Made by a program: the position numbers and the translations under genes
Notes under the pieces: model-generated
What the model was told of the DNA's origin: nothing
The model's input: only the letters and a program-made list of their open reading frames with translations
The model's database searches: none
Shown: piece after piece, positions 39,772 to 47,078 of the stretch
Layout of the letters: every line of letters starts with the position of its first letter
Position numbering within the stretch: the first letter of the stretch is position 1
From: an uncultured Ignavibacteriaceae bacterium
GTDB taxonomy: Bacteria; Zixibacteria; MSB-5A5; GN15; PGXB01
Direction: 5' to 3'
Assembly: GCA_964507455.1 (NCBI GenBank)
Contig: CAZDPY010000001.1
Location: 280,855 to 344,854 of the forward strand
DNA length: 64,000 nucleotides

Positions 39772-40626
39772 GTGAATACCATAGATTCAGCCACAGTAAG
39801 AAGACAGATTACGGTGAAATCCCTTGTGCCTTTCTTGATTATGACTTTCGCACTTACTTGGGGAATACTCGCCCTGTACATCTTCCTAACGGATCAGATG
39901 ACGGCATTATTCGGGCAGTTAACCGGTGATCACCCGTTGTTTTTCCTCGCAGTGTATGCACCGGCTATAGCAGCCTTCATCATAATCTTGCATAAGACTC
40001 GTGTCAGCGGTCTGCGACGGTTTCTTACCAGAATGTTGCTGTGGCGCTGCTCCAAATACTGGTACGCCTTCTTGCTCATTGGCCTTCCTCTGGTCTTTTA
40101 TCTGGGCTCGGCTTGGAAGGGGACTCTTTTTTCGGAACCTTTTCCGTTTTCTTCGGCTGGTGCTCTTGCCACAGCCCTGTTACTTGGTGTCATAAAGGGA
40201 CCGGTTGAGGAGTTCGGTTGGAGGGGGTTTGCACAACCCTTGCTTCAACGTAAGTTTGCTCCGGTGTGGGCTGCCTTTATCATTGGCATCGTGTGGGGAT
40301 TCTGGCATCTGCCCGCCTTCCTGCTCAGCGGAACACAACAAAGCGCTTGGTCATTTGGGCCATTTTTCGCCGGCACCATAGCCATCAGTCTTATTGTGAC
40401 TCAGTTGTTCAATGCGTCGCGCGGCAGCATCCTGCTCTCCGCATTCATGCATTTCCAGCTCATGAATCCGATATGGCCCGATGCCCAACCCTATGATACA
40501 TATATTCTGATCGTCGTTGCCGTGATTGTCGTGGGGCTTAACCGGAAGGAAATGTTCAGTCGCGTCGGCTCCGTTACTCAGGTCATTCCTGGTGTGGAGA
40601 GTGACGTGGCAACTGATAATCATTGA
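39772..40626 (+). CDS. CPBP-family intramembrane glutamic endopeptidase (Abi/CAAX protease-like)
   Basis: 284 aa, GTG start, polytopic. Motifs EEFGWRGF, FWH and FMH. Confidence 0.85.
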   Translation: MNTIDSATVRRQITVKSLVPFLIMTFALTWGILALYIFLTDQMTALFGQLTGDHPLFFLAVYAPAIAAFIIILHKTRVSGLRRFLTRMLLWRCSKYWYAFLLIGLPLVFYLGSAWKGTLFSEPFPFSSAGALATALLLGVIKGPVEEFGWRGFAQPLLQRKFAPVWAAFIIGIVWGFWHLPAFLLSGTQQSAWSFGPFFAGTIAISLIVTQLFNASRGSILLSAFMHFQLMNPIWPDAQPYDTYILIVVAVIVVGLNRKEMFSRVGSVTQVIPGVESDVATDNH

Positions 40627-40866
40627 CTTGTGTCGGGCAGCATTAGTCGATAACCAGGAAAGAGCTGCACCAGTGGTGCCTCGGTCCAATCCTTTGGTTT
40701 TGGATGTCCGCTTATCTGACAGAGAATTCGTTGTGACCAAACCGTGACCACGATCGTCGTAAGTTATTGTATGATATTCAGCGATATAGCCAGCCGGTGG
40801 GGGGTTCAAGCAAATGATCCGGCTCGCATGTCGCCGTAACATGTTGCCTTGCAATGGCTTATAACA

Positions 40867-41032
40867 AATGGAGGTGGGGGGGAATCGAAATTGGCGATTT
40901 TTATAACTTTTTGCGCTTCTTCAAATTGCGTTACAACTCATTGTATTCCAAGAAATTCCAGTTTTTATTTGGTTTTATTTGTTTCTGGAAAATCAGGGTG
41001 TTTTTACCTCAATATGGCACAAATCTGGCACA
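40867..41032. repeat. ~166-bp direct repeat R1 (att-like / conserved 3'-flank element)
   Basis: Aligns with 44326-44490. The right ~80 bp (AATTCCAGTTTTTATTTGGTTTTAT.T.TTTCTGGAAAATCAGGGTGTTTTTACCTCA..TGGCACAAATCTGGCACA) are nearly identical and the left half is about 70 percent identical. Confidence 0.9.
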
Positions 41033-41053
41033 AGCGCTGCGAGTTCTGTGAGG

Positions 41054-41707
41054 TCATTCGCACAGCGCAATATTCCACTCCGGTTTGAATTCTTTGATCA
41101 TGCATTGCTCCCATTTTCTGATCTTCGTGTCATCATCAATTTCATGTGCGAAGAGCTGAACGCAACTCTTATTCTGCAGGATCAGATTATTCAAGTGGCA
41201 GTTAGTTTTTTGACCGTCCTTGTAACAGTTCTTCGGAGAAATGTGGCCATACCCGTTGTTGATACGTTTCTTGAATGAATCCCGGCACCGGCCTATGTAC
41301 ATGATTTTCCCTTTAATCACATACATGTAGAGCCCTTTTTTCTGTAACCACTCTTTCGCCGTTATGCAGAATCTACAATACTCGAGGTCACCGCAATTGT
41401 TCAAGAATTCCTTGTAAAAAGGATCACCACTATTCTTTAACTGCAACAAAAACGTTCCTATCGGCAAGAATAGGTCCCTATGTGTATAATTCTCCGCGTA
41501 GGCAGCAAGGTTCTTATACCGCTTATGCTGAATTGTCTGGGCGAGCGTCTTATTCGTCTTACAGGCGAAGACGTTGCTGTACACTGCTGTTTCGAAGTGA
41601 AGCTCAACTCGTTGAAATTCCAGGCTGACGCCCACTCCTGCGCATTTGAACGAAATAGTCATGCGTCGCTTTACCTCTGCATTATCACTTGTCGCCGGGT
41701 GGGTCAT
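41054..41707 (-). CDS. GIY-YIG nuclease-domain protein
   Basis: 217 aa (Met-16 at 41662 is an alternative start). GLYMYVIKGKIMYIGRCRDSFKKRINNGYG ... EQCMIKEFKPEWN gives the GIY..YIG..R..E..N order. Confidence 0.7.
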   Translation of the reverse strand: MTHPATSDNAEVKRRMTISFKCAGVGVSLEFQRVELHFETAVYSNVFACKTNKTLAQTIQHKRYKNLAAYAENYTHRDLFLPIGTFLLQLKNSGDPFYKEFLNNCGDLEYCRFCITAKEWLQKKGLYMYVIKGKIMYIGRCRDSFKKRINNGYGHISPKNCYKDGQKTNCHLNNLILQNKSCVQLFAHEIDDDTKIRKWEQCMIKEFKPEWNIALCE

Positions 41708-42935
41708 AGCGCGACCAGAAACTGCGCTTCAGCTTGTTTTCGAGCCGCAAGTCTACTTTGTAGTCGTCATGACTTGGTAGCCCACCCCAGTCGATTATTT
41801 TTGGCGCAAGCTCGTCGAGTTTACGAAGGTACCGAACGCCATAGGTGTAGTACTTCGACTTGGCGCTTCTGAGGATCGATTCCAGGAGGGCACGGTAGAT
41901 AACGCTGGCCGCGAGAAATCTCCCTTCTTTCTCAAATGTCTTTGCCCACGGCAATAACTGATAATAATAATCGCCGTTTAACCGACCTGGACGCTTGATT
42001 ATGTACCGCTCAATATCATCAAGCCGCTCCATTTCCATCATGAATTCCGCGGCGACGTAATCGAGTTCAGAGGACTGAAATATCTCCGCGATCTCATCTC
42101 CTATTACGCGTTCACGCACACTCTCTCCGATTACATCCAACAGCAGTGATAGAGTCTCTTCGCTGCGGTACCGTCTGAAGATTATCCACGCAACTTCTTC
42201 GGCTCTCGCTTTATCACCGAGCGCCACCAACACCTTGAACAGCAGCCTTTCCCGTTCATCGAGTTTGAACGTCTCATAAGGTGGAACCCTATCCAGCCAC
42301 TGAAGAGCGACGAGAGGATAACCGCATTCAAAATACACTTCCGCGATGTGAAAGTGTCCGGCTACCGGCAATTCCGGCCATTTGGCTTTACAGGCACGCT
42401 CGAAAAGCTCAGGATCTTTTAACTGTTTTGCAATAGACTCGATAGCAAGATACCAGTGATACTTCCTGTACTCGTCGGGTTCTCGTTCTCCTAACGACCA
42501 GAATTCATCAACCATGCATCGAAGAAATGATTCCGGCAGCAAGTTGGCGGAGTTTGCAATAATAGAATCGCGAACGCCGTATTCATCCTTTGCATACAGG
42601 TTGAGAACGATGTTGTATAACCACTCTTTGTCCTCACATTGAGATGCGTGGTGAACGAAGCTTTTGCAGGCAAATATCCGATACACATCACCGATTGATC
42701 CGTTGGAGTCGTCGGCCCTTCCGAACACGGCGTTATCGGTCTGCATAAATACAGCAACGAGTTCGACACCTTGACGCGGACTTTCCGCTACCCTGTCAAT
42801 CTCGTCCAACAAGCTTTCGAGTTCACGGGCATACGTCCCTGACTCATGATAATCTATAAACCGCCGTCCGCGCTTCAGCCCAGCTAGTCTCGATTTGATC
42901 GACTTAACAGCGTCTGAGTTAGTCATGGCAGCCAA
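41685..42935 (-). CDS. 416-aa all-helical protein of unknown function
   Basis: Long ORF overlapping the GIY-YIG gene by 23 nt. Helical-repeat-like composition and no catalytic motif recognised. Confidence 0.65.
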   Translation of the reverse strand: MAAMTNSDAVKSIKSRLAGLKRGRRFIDYHESGTYARELESLLDEIDRVAESPRQGVELVAVFMQTDNAVFGRADDSNGSIGDVYRIFACKSFVHHASQCEDKEWLYNIVLNLYAKDEYGVRDSIIANSANLLPESFLRCMVDEFWSLGEREPDEYRKYHWYLAIESIAKQLKDPELFERACKAKWPELPVAGHFHIAEVYFECGYPLVALQWLDRVPPYETFKLDERERLLFKVLVALGDKARAEEVAWIIFRRYRSEETLSLLLDVIGESVRERVIGDEIAEIFQSSELDYVAAEFMMEMERLDDIERYIIKRPGRLNGDYYYQLLPWAKTFEKEGRFLAASVIYRALLESILRSAKSKYYTYGVRYLRKLDELAPKIIDWGGLPSHDDYKVDLRLENKLKRSFWSRYDPPGDK

Positions 42936-43388
42936 TCAGTCTTGCAGTAGTTCCGGATGCTCGACCCTTAGCCAATCAAGCAATGCTTCTCGCAATTCTC
43001 TCGCCAGAGTTTTTGCTTCCTCGACCTCCGCCTCGGTGATCGTACCCGCCGCATCATAACTGACAATAGCTCTCTTTTTGCTTATTGCTTCCAAAGAAAT
43101 GATAATATCAGCATTGGGATCAATCGTAAATCGTAACGATTGAATAGTCCGATAATGCTGACCGGCACCCCCAGGAATACGATAACCGCTCACCCGTAAT
43201 GCAATGGTGGCACAACCGAGACAAGCATTGTATGCGATAGCCAGTCTCCAGTCGAGGGTAATCTCTTCTTTGGCGGCCTCTGCTATATCGCGGTCAACCT
43301 TGTCAAGCAGGTCTTTTATTTCTTGACGATTGGTGGTATGTCTTTTAAGCCACTTGCTATTTAGCCAGTCCTGTAAGGTCATCTTCAT
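42936..43388 (-). CDS. putative HEPN-like toxin partner of the MNT protein
   Basis: 150 aa, helical, immediately downstream of and overlapping the nucleotidyltransferase gene (the MNT-then-HEPN gene order). A canonical Rx4-6H motif is not evident, so the call rests on context. Confidence 0.5.
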   Translation of the reverse strand: MKMTLQDWLNSKWLKRHTTNRQEIKDLLDKVDRDIAEAAKEEITLDWRLAIAYNACLGCATIALRVSGYRIPGGAGQHYRTIQSLRFTIDPNADIIISLEAISKKRAIVSYDAAGTITEAEVEEAKTLARELREALLDWLRVEHPELLQD

Positions 43389-43995
43389 TTCCTAATATGA
43401 ACAGTTTCTCTGATTCCATGACATTTAGGACAAAGTTATTCTTCTCATGCAGTTTTTTCCTGAACTCATCTGAAGAATAGAGTGTCGGATTTACGCTTCG
43501 TTGCATGTTCTCTTCGACAGGTTTCAGAATTGATACCAACTCACGGAACGACAAAGATCCAATAACCATAAGGTCTATATCACTAGAGCTGGTGTCACTG
43601 CTATTGGCAACAGAGCCATATATCCAGGCAACATCAATTTGGCTGCCAGCTTGACTGCGAAGAACATCATGAAACACATCGACGATTCCAAAAGTTTTCT
43701 CGGCAATTTGTTTCAGCTCTGCGAATACAGGGCATTCTGTATTCGCTTGGTAGAATTTCTGGATGCCTATAGGTTCCATTTTTAGGATTCCCGCTTTTGT
43801 CAGCGATATGAGCTCACGCTGAAGTGAACCGGGCGCATCGCCTAATAACCTCACTGTTTCCCTGAAGTAAAACCTTTTGTTCGGATTCAGCAGAAAAAGA
43901 GTAAGGACCTTTCGTCGAATCTTAGAAAATAACGCTTCGCCGATACCTGAACCGACGCCGAACAGTGATTCTCTATTTGATTCTTTTGCACACAT
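43357..43995 (-). CDS. winged-HTH fused to minimal nucleotidyltransferase (MNT-type antitoxin)
   Basis: 212 aa. N-terminal wHTH (RRKVLTLFLLNPNKRFYFRETVRLLGDAPGSLQRELISLTKAGIL) plus NTase motif IYGSVANSSDTSSSDIDLMVIG (GS-x9-DxD). Confidence 0.8.
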   Translation of the reverse strand: MCAKESNRESLFGVGSGIGEALFSKIRRKVLTLFLLNPNKRFYFRETVRLLGDAPGSLQRELISLTKAGILKMEPIGIQKFYQANTECPVFAELKQIAEKTFGIVDVFHDVLRSQAGSQIDVAWIYGSVANSSDTSSSDIDLMVIGSLSFRELVSILKPVEENMQRSVNPTLYSSDEFRKKLHEKNNFVLNVMESEKLFILGNEDDLTGLAK

Positions 43996-44325
43996 TTCTG
44001 GAACAATCGATTCTATTAATGGAACACCTATGTCTTTTGTCGGAACAAATGAACTCTATTTGAGTACAAAAGTCAAGAAAAAACAGGCACTTTTTGAATC
44101 AGACAAATGGTCACCATTTATAGAATTCTGGCAACGAGATATCCGAATATGTCGGCAGATATCTATAACTGCCGGCATTTTGTATAGAAAAAAATAATTG
44201 GCACAGGCTAAAACAGCCACCTTGTAACTTACTACAAATAATTGACTTACACAGAATTCCGTGGAGGTTGTTACACCGAACCCAAAAATTCTGTAAGTTA
44301 TTGATATGTATGTAATTATGATTTA

Positions 44326-44490
44326 ATTGGAGGTGGGGGGAAACGAAATCTTGTATTTTTGTAACTTTTTGAGCTGCTTATAATTACGTTATAACTCGTT
44401 GTTTCTCATATAATTCCAGTTTTTATTTGGTTTTATGTATTTCTGGAAAATCAGGGTGTTTTTACCTCAGGTTGGCACAAATCTGGCACA
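44326..44490. repeat. ~165-bp direct repeat R2 (copy of R1)
   Basis: See R1. It ends 31 nt from the stop codon of the DUF3800 gene, just as R1 ends 21 nt from the stop of the GIY-YIG gene. Confidence 0.9.
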
Positions 44491-44521
44491 GAATAAGTGG
44501 AGGGGTCGTACAACGATTTTA

Positions 44522-45607
44522 TTAATTACACCCATCTTCTTCTTTTCTTTTATGCAAGTATGAAGCTATTGCATCAGCAGGATTGACCACCTCAACATCA
44601 ACTTCATAACGTTCAATTTTATCGGAAGGCCATACTGAGCACACGATCATATCTTCAATGTTTAACTTATTGAGTTTCTTAGCAAAGTCATCCTCGGAAA
44701 TAAGTCCGACTTTTGCTCGAATTAAATGGGAAATTGCACCAGCTATAATGTCGGCAATTTGAATTGCTTCATGATCTTTGGAATCAACTAGAATTAAATC
44801 ATTTGCCTTTAAGGGAAAGGTTCTCATTTTAAAACCGATTTTTATTACCAAATGTGGTTTTTCTTTATCCATTAGCGGTAATAAGTGCTCACGGTATTTC
44901 GCAAGTATTTTTGATTTGTCATGTAAAGTTATGAATTCCTGATTGAGCTGGTCGCCCCATTCGGATACCAGGTCAACATATGCGGGTATTGCTGGGTCCA
45001 AAGTGGCTAAATCACAATCCTCCAATACATCTCTTACGGTTTTTTTTGTCTCATGAAGTATCATTAGCTGATGACTATATTCTTCATGTTCTGTCTCAAT
45101 GGATTTGGCCATATCACTTATGTGCCTATAAAATTCCTCAATGGCCTCATCGGTTTTTACTCTAACCATATTGACGAGATTTTCATAGAACTCCAAAGCA
45201 ATTTGTTCTCCACAAAAACCTTGCATACATATAAAATGCATGTTACTCATGGCGCGACATGTGCCGTCGCTATAAAGATCAACCCCCATGTTCGCGGCTA
45301 CCGGTTCTATTAAAAGATCAATAGCCTTTGCTATAACCATATAGCGTTTATAATAGATTCCGGCTTTTATATTATTCTTAGATATGAGAGGATCGTTAAG
45401 TAAAGATAGAATATTTCGTCGCCCTTGCGCAGATCTTTTAAGTTTTACAAAATGCGCCTCTTGATGACTTGTTCCGAATATTTTAGAGAGAAGGTTTTTG
45501 GCGTCATTATCACTTATGTTAATGCTCACTAGAGTAAAAATTGGTTGGTCAGAATTAGTCAAATGTTGCCCTGTATTTCCAGCTTCATCAAATGATATAT
45601 TGATCAT
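44522..45607 (-). CDS. DUF3800-domain protein
   Basis: 361 aa. N-terminal INISFDEAGNTG and C-terminal IQIADIIAGAI are the two hallmark motifs of DUF3800. Confidence 0.75.
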   Translation of the reverse strand: MINISFDEAGNTGQHLTNSDQPIFTLVSINISDNDAKNLLSKIFGTSHQEAHFVKLKRSAQGRRNILSLLNDPLISKNNIKAGIYYKRYMVIAKAIDLLIEPVAANMGVDLYSDGTCRAMSNMHFICMQGFCGEQIALEFYENLVNMVRVKTDEAIEEFYRHISDMAKSIETEHEEYSHQLMILHETKKTVRDVLEDCDLATLDPAIPAYVDLVSEWGDQLNQEFITLHDKSKILAKYREHLLPLMDKEKPHLVIKIGFKMRTFPLKANDLILVDSKDHEAIQIADIIAGAISHLIRAKVGLISEDDFAKKLNKLNIEDMIVCSVWPSDKIERYEVDVEVVNPADAIASYLHKRKEEDGCN

Positions 45608-45630
45608 CTATTCCTTAACTCCATCAAGAT

Positions 45631-45765
45631 TGGGCGGGAGGGGGAGGAATCGAACCTCCCCGCACTCAACCCTATATTTATAAAAGAATATCTTCAAGCC
45701 TAATTAAAGTCCTCCCTTGTTATTGGAAACATTCCACCAGGCCTCCCGCGAGTGCAGCTCCCGCC
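45631..45765 (-). ncRNA. tRNA-like element / pseudo-tRNA (canonical T-arm and acceptor 3' strand, non-canonical body)
   Basis: The minus strand ends ...GGAGG-TTCGATT-CCTCC-CC-CTCCCGCC-CA (T-arm 45643-45659). Two possible 5' acceptor partners exist: GGGAGGA (45716-45710, giving an ~85-nt molecule with an 8-nt anticodon-type loop ATATT-CTTTTATA-AATAT) or GGCGGGAG (45765-45758, ~135 nt). Confidence 0.35.
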
Positions 45766-45903
45766 AACAAGTACATCAAATTGTTGATCGAAAAGATCAT
45801 GTTAACCTCCAAATGAATTAAAATATTCACTGAGAGAACGATTCCTTTCAAGGCTTCTCTAACTAGTTTGAATATATCCTCGAAACATAGGCATTGACCC
45901 AGA

Positions 45904-46587
45904 TTATTCTATTGCTATCTTCCTGCACATTTCTTTGTCATCAATCAGAGTTTGAAATTTGAGTGGATTAGATTCTAAATTTAATAATGGTCTGTGCATT
46001 TCAATAAGGTATTTTTCTATAATGAAAAGATCATCGAATTCAATCCAGCTCGCTTCCAAGTTTATATTCATCCAATCGATAATTTTTGACTCATCAGATT
46101 TCGAAAACTTATAGTTGTTCTTGTTCCTTTTGTCCTTAAGTGATCCGGGCGGTGGAGTAAATCCAAGCATGGCCCCGACACTTCGAAAAAAGGTCCCGTG
46201 ACCTTTCGCTCGTAGTTCTTGCCTAAGGAATCGAACCCTTAACGATTTCTTTTCCGCTTTACCGATATAGATTATTTTGCTATTTCTACTATCAAGCTCT
46301 AACTGATATTTTTCCGGAAGACTTGAACCATCGGCTAGTCGGATACAATATAGCCCTTTTTCATCTGGGACTAGGTTATCTATTCCCCCGATTTTGTGAA
46401 AAACACCTTCCTCAATCAGTTTCTTTGAAGTGTCTTTCGCAGTACTGATAGCCATTTCGTGTAATGTCTCAAAATAATTGGTTATATTTGTTATAATCTC
46501 AATAGCTTTTTCAGATATTTCGTAGCCATATTTTGGTGACCATACTTCAATTGTATTCTGTATGAGTTCTTTACTATACTCCGTCAT
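45904..46587 (-). CDS. GIY-YIG nuclease-family protein (second copy, unrelated N-terminus)
   Basis: 227 aa. KGLYCIRL...KIIYIGKAEKKSLRVRFLRQE...EKYLIEMHRPLLNLESN. Confidence 0.7.
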   Translation of the reverse strand: MTEYSKELIQNTIEVWSPKYGYEISEKAIEIITNITNYFETLHEMAISTAKDTSKKLIEEGVFHKIGGIDNLVPDEKGLYCIRLADGSSLPEKYQLELDSRNSKIIYIGKAEKKSLRVRFLRQELRAKGHGTFFRSVGAMLGFTPPPGSLKDKRNKNNYKFSKSDESKIIDWMNINLEASWIEFDDLFIIEKYLIEMHRPLLNLESNPLKFQTLIDDKEMCRKIAIE

Positions 46588-46629
46588 GATATTTCACCTA
46601 AAATGGAAACAATATTCAATATACTGATT

Positions 46630-46833
46630 TCAAAACTTGATTTCAATCGCTTTTGAGTTTCTACCATTTCTTTTATTCGATTCAAGCCACTGCAATACGT
46701 CACGTTCCTTAAAACGAACAAACCGCCCCAGTTTGAAATGCGGAATATACCCAATATGCGTCCACTGATAAATAGTAGAAAGCTTCACACCGAGCAATTC
46801 CGACATTTCTTCTGGGGTGTAGAGTTTATTCAT
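46630..46833 (-). CDS. excisionase/AlpA-type (MerR-superfamily) HTH DNA-binding protein
   Basis: 67 aa. YTPEEMSELLGVKLSTIYQWTHIGYIPHFKLGRFVRFKERDVLQWL. Confidence 0.85.
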   Translation of the reverse strand: MNKLYTPEEMSELLGVKLSTIYQWTHIGYIPHFKLGRFVRFKERDVLQWLESNKRNGRNSKAIEIKF

Positions 46834-46859
46834 CTTACTTTACCTAAGAACTGATGTTT

Positions 46860-47078
46860 TCAGTCCTTACCATATATCTCTAGGTAATCCTCAATCTCCG
46901 GTATCGAAAACCAAATATGCTCACCGATTCTATAATACCGCAGTTTTCCAGGACCGGAATTTCCGGCCCTCGCGTTTATCCAGGCCTTTGAAACACCTAA
47001 TCTCTTTGCCAGCTCTTCCGGTGATATCAGGTAGGCAAGGAGACTTGAATCAAAGGTTGTACTATTGCCACCTTGCAT
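46860..47078 (-). CDS. second excisionase-type HTH protein
   Basis: The track ORF 46860..47282 overlaps the ATPase gene, so I prefer the internal Met at 47078 (MQGGNSTT...). ISPEELAKRLGVSKAWINARAG...YYRIGEHIWFSIPEIEDYL. Confidence 0.65.
   Translation of the reverse strand: MQGGNSTTFDSSLLAYLISPEELAKRLGVSKAWINARAGNSGPGKLRYYRIGEHIWFSIPEIEDYLEIYGKD

Noticed and set aside
40627-40866. The GGTGGGGGGTTCAAGC segment near 40795, considered as a T-arm of an intact target tRNA at the island's left edge.
   Set aside because: No complementary CCCCC strand follows the putative T-loop, and no cloverleaf can be drawn. It is not a tRNA.
40867-41032. R1/R2 as functional tmRNA or tRNA genes, because of the TTCGATTCCCCCCCACCTCCA ending.
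   Set aside because: There is no complementary 5' T-stem (the sequence upstream of the T-loop is CCAAT or ACAAG) and no 5' acceptor strand. The body is AT-rich with no pseudoknot-like GC stems. I treat them as att-type remnants or repeats, not genes.
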